64,000 nucleotides of DNA from assembly GCA_038867615.1 (NCBI GenBank), contig JAWBYA010000003.1, forward strand, positions 160,001 to 224,000, given 5' to 3'. Origin of the DNA: Sulfolobales archaeon (lineage in GTDB: Archaea > Thermoproteota > Thermoprotei_A > Sulfolobales > AG1). The notes below the pieces were generated by a model, which did not search any database, was not told the DNA's origin, and saw nothing but the letters and a program-made list of their open reading frames with translations. The first letter of the stretch is position 1. Every line of letters starts with the position of its first letter. Position numbers and translations under genes: made by a program. Below are positions 1 to 9,804 of this stretch, one piece after another.

Positions 1-960
1 TATTAGAGGGAGGAATACAAATAGCTCCTTATATGTTAGCCCAAGTACTATGAGAGCGATCGGTAGCGAGAATGTACCCAGTAAAAGGGACCTCTCCTTC
101 CCTATCCTTGCAGCTATCAAGCTCCCAAGCAATATACCACCAGCTACTCCAGCCAATGCAAGTATTAGGAATAAACCAATGCTTGGATTAGCTACATAGC
201 TTCCAACAACTCCTTCTCCTTCTTTACCAATATTGCTAGTAAAGGGTAGCGGGATCCCTAGGTTAAGCTCCTTTATAATCTTGGGTGAGAGGAAACCAAC
301 CCCGAGGATTACGGCGAAGCCAAACCACATAGGGATCAGAGTAAGGGATCTCTTGCTCACTGAGTAGAACTCTCTATAATTGATAAAACCCCTCCTAGCC
401 ACTATTTCTCGAACTAGAAGGCTGTTTATAAGCGATATCATAGCTAGAATCGCTGAGGCCGTGAAGCCGCCAAGGATGCCCAGGATCTCTAGAAGGCCTG
501 CTAGCGAGAAGCCTAGTGCGTAGCCACCCAGGTTGGATGCTTCGAAACCCCCAACACCAAAGATCCTTTTTCTAGTCTCACCCCTAGTCACCTCAGCCAC
601 GGCTGAGAGGGAGGATACGAGGATCAGTGATGCTGCAAACCCGGCTATCGCGTTTAGCACAGCAAGCTCTAGGATCGATGATGATATATTCATGAGGAGA
701 TATATTGCAATAAGCATGGATGAAGCAATAGCTAGAGAGAACCTCAAGCCAAGGATCTCGTAGAGAGCGCCCGAGGCTAACCCGGAGAGAGCTTCAGCAA
801 CAGAATATACAGCCAACAGGAATCCCTGAATCCCTGTACTCAAACTAGGAAACGTTACTGTTAGTGATACGATGAAAACAGCGTTTGCCGATCTTATAAA
901 AGCCACTGATAGATATGCAGGGTAAAGATCCAAATCCTTTCTTATCAATAGCTCGACCAA
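1..960 (-). CDS. MFS transporter, 3' end beyond window
   Basis: Absent from the ORF track. Manual translation from TTG at 960 gives MVELLIRKDLDLYPAYLSVAFIRSANAVFIVSLTVTFP...EALSGLASGALYEILGLR...LGSLIAARIGKERSLLLG, with multiple TM helices and MFS motif-A-like loops; the frame runs off position 1. Confidence 0.8.
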   Translation of the reverse strand, partial: MVELLIRKDLDLYPAYLSVAFIRSANAVFIVSLTVTFPSLSTGIQGFLLAVYSVAEALSGLASGALYEILGLRFSLAIASSMLIAIYLLMNISSSILELAVLNAIAGFAASLILVSSLSAVAEVTRGETRKRIFGVGGFEASNLGGYALGFSLAGLLEILGILGGFTASAILAMISLINSLLVREIVARRGFINYREFYSVSKRSLTLIPMWFGFAVILGVGFLSPKIIKELNLGIPLPFTSNIGKEGEGVVGSYVANPSIGLFLILALAGVAGGILLGSLIAARIGKERSLLLGTFSLPIALIVLGLTYKELFVFLPLI

Positions 961-1543
961 GAGATATAGTATACGCCAAATAAATTGAGATAAGCAGCAT
1001 GACTACACATTGCAACACTTCTCCAGCGTTGTTTGTTCCCGTATTGTCTGTTGTACCTGGGGTTTTCACACCACTTGAAGGATCTCCCTATCAATGTGAG
1101 GTAACGAACCACAGTTGAGTTAATAGATAAGACCATTATTTATTATGGGTAATCATTTTCTGTGTGGGTAGTTTGAATCAATCATTTGTCTCTGGAGTGT
1201 TCATTCTACTTCGATATTAATCGTTTTTCCTTGGTTTTCTTAGTGTGAGTTTTTTTGTTTGGGGTCTTTGTTTTGTCTTCGTTGTTGTGTGGGTATCTCA
1301 ATGGGATGATGGTGCTTATGCTATGTTTCATTATTGTAGAGCGCCGGATTTAATACCGATCCATATAGACCCTCATGGAATTCAGAAACAGCTGGCTACG
1401 GCATTAAGCTTAGGGTCTTGTCATTGGTTTATTGGTCGAAGTAGGTAATTATCTGATCTGGTATGGGTTATTTAAGAAAACCCTAATACTTAGTAGGCAA
1501 AACTACTAATACCCCTTTGCATAAGTAATAATTGTGACGACTC

Positions 1544-2929
1544 GTGAGGGTAAAGATAATAGCGTCAATAGGACCCTCTTCTAAGAGCCCGGAGGTTCTT
1601 AGAGAGTTTTATAGAATCGGGATCAGGTGTTTTAGAATAAATATGGCGCACGGCGATCAAGCGTTCTGGAGCGATATAGTTAAGGCTATAAGGGATCTGG
1701 AGAGGGTGATGGGGGATCGCCTATGCCTAATAGGCGATCTCCCGGGACCATCTATAAGGCTTGGCGAGTTTAAGGAGTTTAGCTTCAAGAAAGGGAGTAA
1801 GGTGGTTTTCTCCAACTCAGGTGATGGGGTTCCTCTCAGGGATAAGGAGTTCTTCGAGATCGCTGAGGAGGGTGATATAATAATGCTAGATGACGGAAGG
1901 GTTATGCTTGAGGTTATAGCCTCCAACTGGGATAAGGTTGAGGCGATAGCGATAACTGATGGTATTCTCAAGCCAGGGAAAGGACTTACTATAAAGGGTA
2001 AAGAACCCGCTTCACAGATAATCAGGGATAGGGATTTCGAGGCAATAAGGTTCTCTGTAGAGAATAAATTCACGTACCTTGGTATAAGTCATGTGAGAAA
2101 CGCTGAGGATCTAAGGATAGTTAGGGAGACCATAAACAAGCTTGGAGGAAGACAGAGGCTCCTTGCCAAGATAGAGAACGCGAGTGCTGTGAAGAATATA
2201 GAGCAGATATCAAGAAGCTCGGACGGTGTTGTGATAGCGAGAGGCGATCTAGGAATGAACCTGGGCTTGGAAGAGGTTCCCATAGTACAGAGAAAGATCA
2301 TGGAGATATGCCATAGACTGGGCAAACCAGCAATAGTAGCCACACAGATCCTCGAGTCCATGACAAGCTCGCCGGTTCCTACCAGGGCTGAGGTCAACGA
2401 TCTATATGTAGCTGTTGCCCAAGGAGCTGATGCTATAATGCTGACAGGAGAAACAGCGGTTGGGCTATACCCTGTCGAGGCTGTTAGATGGGCTAGAAAG
2501 GTTATAGAAAGGGCTGAGAGAGAGCCTGGAGTGGCTCGCGATAGTCTGTTTAACGTTAAGGGAATAGATGGTGAGCATGATAGATATTCATATGGTATCT
2601 ATAGGCTCTCTGAAAGTCTAGAGGCTCCTCTAGTAATACTGGATAGAGAGATCGAAATGGCTTTAGCGATCTCGGTATACAAACCATCACATAAGATCTA
2701 TCTGTTAACAGATGAGGATGATATCTATAGACAGTCACACATCCTCTGGGGGGTAGAGCCAGTATATATTTACAGCGATAATGGTATAGAGGCGAGAGAA
2801 GCGGTTACCAAACATATCAAGGAAACACTCAGAAAGAGCGGTATTGAGAGAGCTGTCTACTCAAGAGTCATATATGTAAACAATATTGAGAAAAAGAGAA
2901 AGATCGAGATTTTCGAAAGCCTAGAGTAA
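1544..2929 (+). CDS. pyk: pyruvate kinase
   Basis: KIIASIGPSS, FRINMAHG, DLPGPSIR, AKIEN, IARGDLG, ATQILESM..PTRAEVND and DAIMLTGETA motifs. Confidence 0.97.
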   Translation: MRVKIIASIGPSSKSPEVLREFYRIGIRCFRINMAHGDQAFWSDIVKAIRDLERVMGDRLCLIGDLPGPSIRLGEFKEFSFKKGSKVVFSNSGDGVPLRDKEFFEIAEEGDIIMLDDGRVMLEVIASNWDKVEAIAITDGILKPGKGLTIKGKEPASQIIRDRDFEAIRFSVENKFTYLGISHVRNAEDLRIVRETINKLGGRQRLLAKIENASAVKNIEQISRSSDGVVIARGDLGMNLGLEEVPIVQRKIMEICHRLGKPAIVATQILESMTSSPVPTRAEVNDLYVAVAQGADAIMLTGETAVGLYPVEAVRWARKVIERAEREPGVARDSLFNVKGIDGEHDRYSYGIYRLSESLEAPLVILDREIEMALAISVYKPSHKIYLLTDEDDIYRQSHILWGVEPVYIYSDNGIEAREAVTKHIKETLRKSGIERAVYSRVIYVNNIEKKRKIEIFESLE

Positions 2930-3004
2930 AGAGTACACGAACTTTCAGGATCTTTAGCTCTATAGTTATTAGAGCTAGTTAGTGATAGTTAATTGTGAAG
3001 CGTC

Positions 3005-3841
3005 GTGGGAGAGCTGGTACGGGATCGTGGAGACCTAGCAGATCTATATAGGTTGGTGGTAAGCATAGCAGTAGAAGGAGCTAAGTATGCTAGAGAGAGG
3101 AGCAGCGATCAGAGCATGTTTGTAGTGCTCTCGAAGAACCCTACTGGTGATGATACAAGGAGGATCGATAAGGCTGTAGAGGATCACATACTAGAGGAGA
3201 TCAAGAACAGGGGGGTTGGAGCATTGGTCATAACGGAAGAGACAGGATCACTGGTGATAGGGGGTAGAGAGCCTGAATATATATTCCTCCTAGACCCGCT
3301 CGATGGATCTATAAACTATGTGGCGGATATACCTTACTGTAGCGTGAGCCTAGCTGCGCTCCCATATAGAGCTGGGGCGTCTCTTAACGATGTTGTGGTG
3401 GGAGCGGTTGCAGAGATCTTCAGGGATCGTAGCTATAGCTTCTTAAAAGGATTAGGGGCATATGTTAATAACGAGCCGGCATATGGGCTTGTTGGTGAGG
3501 GTCCGAGTGTGGTGTTGGCGTACTTCGAGGAGCCTGATCTTGTTGGAAGGATCCATAAGCTCTGGTTCAGGCTGGGAAAGCCTAAGATAAGATCCCTTGG
3601 ATCTGCATCGCTCGATATAATAAATGTGTCTATGGGGAGGTTCAGGGCATTCATAGATCTCAGAGGCAGGTTGAGAAATATAGATGTCGTTGCTGCGATA
3701 GGGTTTGCCAGGGAGCTGGGAGCCTTTGTAATTGATGATAGGGGTGATGAGATAGATATCCCAGTCGATAGACTAAGCAGGATCGGCTCGATAATAGTGT
3801 CAAGGGAGAAAAGCATTATAGATATAGTTAGGGATAGCTAG
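3005..3841 (+). CDS. suhB: inositol monophosphatase / fructose-1,6-bisphosphatase (IMPase family)
   Basis: TEETG, LDPLDGSINY, RSLGSASLD and LRNIDVVAA motifs. Confidence 0.9.
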   Translation: MGELVRDRGDLADLYRLVVSIAVEGAKYARERSSDQSMFVVLSKNPTGDDTRRIDKAVEDHILEEIKNRGVGALVITEETGSLVIGGREPEYIFLLDPLDGSINYVADIPYCSVSLAALPYRAGASLNDVVVGAVAEIFRDRSYSFLKGLGAYVNNEPAYGLVGEGPSVVLAYFEEPDLVGRIHKLWFRLGKPKIRSLGSASLDIINVSMGRFRAFIDLRGRLRNIDVVAAIGFARELGAFVIDDRGDEIDIPVDRLSRIGSIIVSREKSIIDIVRDS

Positions 3842-3853
3842 CCCGGTGGTCTT

Positions 3854-3997
3854 ATGTTCAGCCTGGACGAGGCTCAGGCAGTGGTAATGGGAGTTGTTTT
3901 AGGAGCATCGGCTCTCACCTACCTCATAATACTAACTATACTCAGGATCTCTATCAATAGGAGAAAGATCGGAAGAGATAAGCCTTCCAACAGCTGA
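3854..3997 (+). CDS. small single-pass membrane protein, 47 aa
   Basis: MFSLDEAQAVVMGVVLGASALTYLIILTILRISINRRKIGRDKPSNS*. GGTGG SD upstream, 12 nt after the suhB stop; TM helix followed by a basic tail. Confidence 0.55.
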   Translation: MFSLDEAQAVVMGVVLGASALTYLIILTILRISINRRKIGRDKPSNS

Positions 3998-4552
3998 TGC
4001 TATGATATCGGCGTGCCTCAGGGGCTGGGGAAGCGGGTGGAAGGTCTGGTTATCAATAACTATATCGACACACCGATCCCAGTTAATGCCAACACAAAGG
4101 ATCCTTAGGATGCCTCTGGGCGTCTGTAATAGTCTTGAAAGCCTGTAAGCCTTATCAATGATTCTGTATCTCTCATGATGATCTGTGAAATGCTTCTCCA
4201 GAGCCTTCCTGATTCTCTCAAGATCTAGCTCGTGTGAGAAGATAACTATCAATGGCACGCCTGTGTTTGAATAAATATCCCAGGGGTCGTATACAGAGAA
4301 CCCTCCATAGATAACATTATCCCCCATAATAGCATCTATAGGAGGGTCGTTTGTTTTTGCATGTTCGTTGTAGATTTCGAGAAAAACTTTGCCTATACCC
4401 ATGGAGTCTACTAGGAGAAGTCTTAGATATATATTGAGTACAAACGATCTATGTCCAACAACACCAACTATAGGCGTATATCCTTTTAGCGATTTATATT
4501 CAGGCAAAAAATAGCCATCATCTATAGCTAGAACCAGTTTATCCCGCATCAT
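3932..4552 (-). CDS. DUF99 family endonuclease-V-like protein (endonuclease dU)
   Basis: VLAIDDGYF, YGGFSVYD and LPQPLRHADIIAS motifs; start moved to the ATG after the GGTGA SD. Confidence 0.8.
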   Translation of the reverse strand: MMRDKLVLAIDDGYFLPEYKSLKGYTPIVGVVGHRSFVLNIYLRLLLVDSMGIGKVFLEIYNEHAKTNDPPIDAIMGDNVIYGGFSVYDPWDIYSNTGVPLIVIFSHELDLERIRKALEKHFTDHHERYRIIDKAYRLSRLLQTPRGILRILCVGINWDRCVDIVIDNQTFHPLPQPLRHADIIASAVGRLISSDLSPIDRDPEYS

Positions 4553-4553
4553 T

Positions 4554-5171
4554 TCACCGGCTACGGCTGGAAGAACTACCCTTGACACTCACACGGTTTT
4601 CCTCAATAACCGCGAGAGCTTTTATAAAATCCCTATCCTTTATCCCTATCCTCTCGGCAGCTTTCTCGATGGAGCTTGGATCCGTGTCCCCATAGAGGGT
4701 TTTTGACACATCTCTTATAACCTCACCATACTCCCAGGGAAAAACTATCCAATCGCTTGTCTCTCCATAGTGATAGTCCGGGTATAGTATTGTTTTGGGC
4801 TTAACATATAGTGTTGCTGTCCTAACCTCCTTTGCACCATATAGCTTTATAAGCTCTATAGCTGTTTGAAGTGTTCTCCCAGTATCTGAAACATCATCGA
4901 CAACCAGCACTCTCTTCTCTCTTGGCGATAGTGTTGGTCCTGATGTTACAAGGGGTCTCTCTCTCGTCTCTCCAATCCCTTTGTAGAACTTGATCCCTAT
5001 GCCCCCTACCTCGTCAACGCCCAAGATATCTGAAACCAGCTTAGCCAAGATCCACCCGTTCCTAAAGATCCCTACAACCATGTCGGGAATATAATGACTA
5101 TTAGCTATTTTCTTAGTAAGCTCTATAGATCCGATCATTATATCAGACCAGTTAAGGACCAGGTAGCCCAT
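4554..5171 (-). CDS. purine phosphoribosyltransferase (type I PRTase)
   Basis: PRPP-binding VLVVDDVSDTGRTL and WIVFPWE motifs. Confidence 0.9.
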   Translation of the reverse strand: MGYLVLNWSDIMIGSIELTKKIANSHYIPDMVVGIFRNGWILAKLVSDILGVDEVGGIGIKFYKGIGETRERPLVTSGPTLSPREKRVLVVDDVSDTGRTLQTAIELIKLYGAKEVRTATLYVKPKTILYPDYHYGETSDWIVFPWEYGEVIRDVSKTLYGDTDPSSIEKAAERIGIKDRDFIKALAVIEENRVSVKGSSSSRSR

Positions 5172-5291
5172 CTACACCCCCACCATAACTATTGAATATG
5201 AAAAGATAAGCCCATACAGCCTCATAAGAGTCTGGGAAATTTTAGCTAATACTCTGTCTTGGATAAACCATTATCGAGGATGAGGATATAG

Positions 5292-6437
5292 TTGAAATAC
5301 GACGTAGTGATCGTAGGTGGGGGTCTTCTAGGACAATTCGCAGCCTTAGAACTCCTAAGCCGCGGCTATAGAGTTGCTATAGTGGAGAGAGATATACTCT
5401 GCTCAGGATCCTGTTCCAAGAGTACTGGGATAATGACTAGACAGCTAGTGCTCAGGGCTGACATAATCTTCGCACAAAGATCTATAGATATTATTACAAA
5501 AATGGAGAAGGAGTATGGAGAGCACTTCCTAAGAAGAACAGGTTTCCTAACACTGAGCCCTATATCGCGTGTGACGAAAAAGCTTGAACTAATATACAGA
5601 TCCGTTGGGGTTGAGTATAAGCTCCTCGAGCCCCACGAGATAAGAGAGCTGTGGGAAGCGGTGGTTGTGGGTGATAACGAGATCGGGATCTATACTGAGG
5701 GTGATGGCATGCTTAACACAGGCTCTCTATCCTACAGAATTAAGAAAGAGATCGAGAGGAGCGGTGGATCTATCCTTGAGAGATGTGGCGAAACAAGCCT
5801 GAGCACGGATGGGAGATATGTGGTAAGAGTTATTTCCGACAACAATGAGTGCTCGTTACACGGGGATCTATTCATTCTAGATGTTGGTGTAAATACAGCC
5901 TCTATATTTACTAGGAGCTTTGGAAGAACACCAGAGCCTGATCAGCTCCTCTTTAAATGCCAGAGCGCCTCAGTAGATCTTGGCGGTGAGTACGGGATCC
6001 CTATTATATATGACGGTAAAAACCATCTCTACATAGCACCAGAGACTAAGAAAAGGGCTATAGTTGGCGACGGTCCATGCAAGACAGCCAGGGATCAGAA
6101 TGATATAGCCCCAGATAGAGAGATCCTTATCGAGACCCTCGATAAGCTACCGGAAAGGCTGGCCGGCTCTGAGAGATCACGTATCATAGGAATAACATCA
6201 CACATATGTGGCACAACACCAGACTTTCTCCCCGTCATAGGTAAGGATAATGTTTATGAGAACCTCTACCTAGCCTATGGACTAAGCTCCTATGGAACTA
6301 TGAGATCACCCTATCTAGGTGTAGAGATAGCAAAGATGGTTGATGGGGGCAGAGTAGATCCATTGCTAAAGATCTTGAGCCCCAGATCCAGTAAAGGATT
6401 GGGTACTTGTGAAGAAATACATACACCGATAATCTAG
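5292..6437 (+). CDS. FAD-dependent oxidoreductase (DAO / sarcosine oxidase beta-like)
   Basis: DVVIVGGGLLG Rossmann motif and TPDFLPVIG...NLYLAYG. Confidence 0.85.
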   Translation: MKYDVVIVGGGLLGQFAALELLSRGYRVAIVERDILCSGSCSKSTGIMTRQLVLRADIIFAQRSIDIITKMEKEYGEHFLRRTGFLTLSPISRVTKKLELIYRSVGVEYKLLEPHEIRELWEAVVVGDNEIGIYTEGDGMLNTGSLSYRIKKEIERSGGSILERCGETSLSTDGRYVVRVISDNNECSLHGDLFILDVGVNTASIFTRSFGRTPEPDQLLFKCQSASVDLGGEYGIPIIYDGKNHLYIAPETKKRAIVGDGPCKTARDQNDIAPDREILIETLDKLPERLAGSERSRIIGITSHICGTTPDFLPVIGKDNVYENLYLAYGLSSYGTMRSPYLGVEIAKMVDGGRVDPLLKILSPRSSKGLGTCEEIHTPII

Positions 6438-6987
6438 ACCGTATACCAAGATGTAGTTTTAAGGAGTCCAGGCCCTCATAGATAACGAAATCGTTGTTGA
6501 TGATAATAAATTCACCTATGCGATTTTTCACTATTTTCCACGCGTTCGGGATAACCGGTATTCTAGCTTCTCTTCATACCTTAGTTGGTGCTCGTTTCTG
6601 TAGGGATCCCTAGTGTCCCGGCTTTCTCTATATTTATCCATTTCGCTTGGGTTTTTATGATTGCTAGATCGTATCTCAGCTTATGGGCATATGTTTTCCA
6701 CATAACTATAGATTTAATATTGGTTCTTAGAAGTCCCATGAAACCAGAAGCAGCTGGTTCCATATTGAGGGCTATATATTGTCTTCATATATATTTATTA
6801 GCCGGGTATAGATTAAATAATATTTGCGTGTGGTATGTTATGGTAAAAGCAAAAGTATGGTTCGTGCTAATGGGTAGTGGTGGTGCTTGTTATGAGCACT
6901 GTGTATCTTCATGCAAACTATTACCATATATTTATGCGGTGTCATGGATGTTTTTGTATATAGATAAGATGATCTTGGGGGATCGTT

Positions 6988-7800
6988 ATGGTTGTGGTTG
7001 GTCCAGAGCTTCTTGAAAAAAACATAGCTGGATCTCAGATCCTTTCAAGAGCTGTTAAGATCTTGGAAAACGATGACGAGATCCAAGAGCTCCTGAGGAT
7101 GAGTAATATTATGGCTGTGTCTAGGCTTAGATACAACGATCATGGGAGGATCCACGCAATAATAGTCTCAGGAGCTGCTCTCGAGATCGCGGATACATTA
7201 TTTAGATCCGGTATAATACCGACAGGGATCAGGGATAAGACTATCCAGAGTATAGATGAGGCGAAACTAGCTATACTGCTTGGAGCATATCTCCACGATA
7301 TAGGTAACTCGATCCATAGATCCCAACACGAGCTCTTAGGATCACTATTGGCAAAAGATATTCTTACAAGGATACTTCCCGAAATACTTGGGGAAAGGGG
7401 TAGAAGGATTATTGCGCTGAGGCAAGAGATCATGCACATAATATATGCGACAGAATATAACACTAGATGCCTCACAGTAGAGGCTGGGATTGTTAAGATA
7501 GCCGATGGCACTGACATGTCTCAGGGAAGGGCTAGGGCGCCCTATAAATTAGGAAAGGTTGATATGCATGCTATGTCAGCATTATCGATAAACTCCGTAG
7601 AAATTTCCGAGGGTGTCGAGAGACCTGTTAGGATAACAGTTAATATGAATGACTATGCAGGGCTTTTCCAAATAGAACAGATCCTTATGCCGAAAATCCT
7701 GACAAGCTCTCTAGAGAATAGCGTTGAGATATGGATAAGGGTTGGTGAAAAGGTTAATCCCTATTACCCCCACAACCTATCTAAACCAGCAACCCACTAG
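6988..7800 (+). CDS. HD-domain metal-dependent phosphohydrolase
   Basis: RLRYNDHGRIHA, YLHDIGN and VKIADGTDM motifs. Confidence 0.9.
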   Translation: MVVVGPELLEKNIAGSQILSRAVKILENDDEIQELLRMSNIMAVSRLRYNDHGRIHAIIVSGAALEIADTLFRSGIIPTGIRDKTIQSIDEAKLAILLGAYLHDIGNSIHRSQHELLGSLLAKDILTRILPEILGERGRRIIALRQEIMHIIYATEYNTRCLTVEAGIVKIADGTDMSQGRARAPYKLGKVDMHAMSALSINSVEISEGVERPVRITVNMNDYAGLFQIEQILMPKILTSSLENSVEIWIRVGEKVNPYYPHNLSKPATH

Positions 7801-7868
7801 CGATAAGTATCTCTATATACATGGAGCACGATCACTTAGCATAAAAGACACCTAGACCATAATAAATT

Positions 7869-8157
7869 GGGCCGCCCCCACGGGGCCCACGGGGTACTCC
7901 TGAGGAAACACCGCCCTCCCCGCGGCACCGGAGCCCCGCAAGGGGCGCGGGTAGCACCCGCGGCAACGGCACAGAAACGACACGGCTCCGCGAGTGATGA
8001 CAGTGATGGGTTCAAACCCGGAGAAACCGTGGAGCACGGTGAAACGGCCGACCTCCGGGGAGCAAGGCCAAACGCGCCGATGAAGGCCGCGTAAGGCGCG
8101 GGTAGGCCGCTAAGCCAAATGCCCCGTAACAGAAGGCGGGTTATGTGGGGGCGGCTC
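7869..8157 (+). ncRNA. rnpB: RNase P RNA (archaeal type A)
   Basis: GC-rich island with terminal P1 helix GGGCCGCCCCCAC/GTGGGGGCGGCTC and conserved GAGGAAAxxCCGCCC, ACAGAAACG, GGTGAAACGGCC, GAGCAAG and AACAGAAGGCGGGTTAT. Confidence 0.95.
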
Positions 8158-8465
8158 TTTACCTCTACTTATCTCTGATTCTATGTGTTTGTTGTTATTT
8201 TTATAGGTTTAGGGATTTCTGCCAAGCTCCAGGGATCCATAGATCCCTGTGGTTTGGGGTATCTAGATGGATCAATAATAGAGCCTGGCCTATCGTTAAA
8301 TATCGGTATATAGATCTTTCTCTCAGTAACGTGGAATCAATGCCTCAATGGTTGTGATGAACACGATGGCTCCAAGGATCATAACAATTTCTATTAGATT
8401 AGAAAGAAACAGATCATAGCTTGTTCGGCCTCTTTCACAGCTAATGAAAAACCCGATCTTCTTGA

Positions 8466-9431
8466 TCATCGCCTACCATAGTTGCTAAGTATATATTCTG
8501 CTAGCTCTTGCGAGCCATCTTTATATTTCTTTGGAACCCTTCTCCTGCACTCATCTATAGCGTTTCTAATAGCTTGTGGAGAGAGATCCTCTTGATAACA
8601 GATCCCAAGCTTCTCAGCAAGGATCTTTGCATCCTCGGCGCCTGCTGTGAGCCTCCACTCGGGGTTTGGGACTATTATTGTCGGCTTACCATATGTAAGA
8701 GCAGAATCTATGACTGTTTTTCCTAGATGTGTTACCACCAGCGATGCCCCTGCTATCCATTTCGAAAAATCAGGGTCGTAGTCGAAAACGACCCAGCTAG
8801 GCCTAGCTTTCCTATATATGTTTGGATCTACTCTTCCTGTTTGTAGAACCACGTTATCAAGATCTAGATCTAGGATTGTATCGAATAGCCTCTTATAACC
8901 ATAGGTGCCTGCAGTGATGAGTATATAGCCCTTATCATCCACACCGTATTCTGGTAGCTCATAGAGTGGTCCGAAAACCCTCCCTCTCGGGAGTATTTTC
9001 CTCTGCTCCTCCCACTGGAGCACCGTGAGATCTGCTATTCTTGCCAGGTGCTTAGCACTGGAGCTAGGTCTAGTAAACCTGACACTGCTCTCAATATTTA
9101 TAACAGGGATACCTTTAATCCACGCAATCAAGGCAGGAGCAACGCTGTGGTTGGAGCCAGTGCTTACAAAGACATCAAGTCCTCTGACCTTCTTGAGACT
9201 CTCTAACACGGCTTTCGGGAGTCCCGCGACCAGTTTTGATAAACCCTCGTTGGGACCGCGGGGTTTAATAATCTCTGTAGTCTCTCCGTACTTACCCACC
9301 TTAGAGGCAGTCCACCTATCCCCCTTAGGGATGAAGAAAACCAGCTCAGCCTTACCAGCAAGTCTTTGTGCAAGCGACACAGCATACCCGGTGTGCCCTC
9401 CTCCACTAGCCGCTATGCCTATCCTCAACAT
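8466..9431 (-). CDS. agl24: Alg14/Alg13-like fused UDP-GlcNAc transferase (Agl24/MurG-like, N-glycosylation)
   Basis: ASGGGHTG, STGSNHSV, NIESSVRFTRPS, LQWEEQ, ILITAGTYG and VVLQTG motifs. Confidence 0.8.
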   Translation of the reverse strand: MLRIGIAASGGGHTGYAVSLAQRLAGKAELVFFIPKGDRWTASKVGKYGETTEIIKPRGPNEGLSKLVAGLPKAVLESLKKVRGLDVFVSTGSNHSVAPALIAWIKGIPVINIESSVRFTRPSSSAKHLARIADLTVLQWEEQRKILPRGRVFGPLYELPEYGVDDKGYILITAGTYGYKRLFDTILDLDLDNVVLQTGRVDPNIYRKARPSWVVFDYDPDFSKWIAGASLVVTHLGKTVIDSALTYGKPTIIVPNPEWRLTAGAEDAKILAEKLGICYQEDLSPQAIRNAIDECRRRVPKKYKDGSQELAEYILSNYGRR

Positions 9432-9804
9432 GGTCTGGCCGAGGTATTATTTCACCAGCCCCCTATAAACCAAATTTGATAATACCACTCGCTTTAGATA
9501 TAGGATTCTTCCTAATACCTAATTCACTAACTATGATTCCATTGAAGGCTATATCGAGTATAAGTTGTGATAGTGCTTCACGGCTTCATAGCGTCCTCTT
9601 CAACTGCTGCGCCTTGCCGAGGTGTGGGCTGTATCTTCTTAATATCATAATATTTTAGAAAGCTTGGAGCTTTTATCCTAGGAGTAGCCCTATCTATATA
9701 CTCGGCCAGATCTTTAGATCGCTGCTTCTCTCAACCAGATATGGAGATCTATATTAATACAGATTTAAACTATGTAAAAACCGTGATTCGGGGCTAGGGA
9801 TGTA

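Noticed and set aside
6440-7016. ORFs 6585-7016, 6581-6763 and 6298-6531
   Set aside because: AT-rich, atypical composition and no recognisable motifs; at most decayed sequence.
7852-8094. GC-rich ORFs 7852-8037 and 7867-8094
   Set aside because: They overlap the RNase P RNA gene and are spurious.
8340-8420. GTGATGA as a C/D-box sRNA C box (also at 39520)
   Set aside because: No CTGA D box at the appropriate distance.
9450-9760. Possible minus-strand pseudogene fragments upstream of agl24
   Set aside because: Short interrupted frames with no family I can identify.
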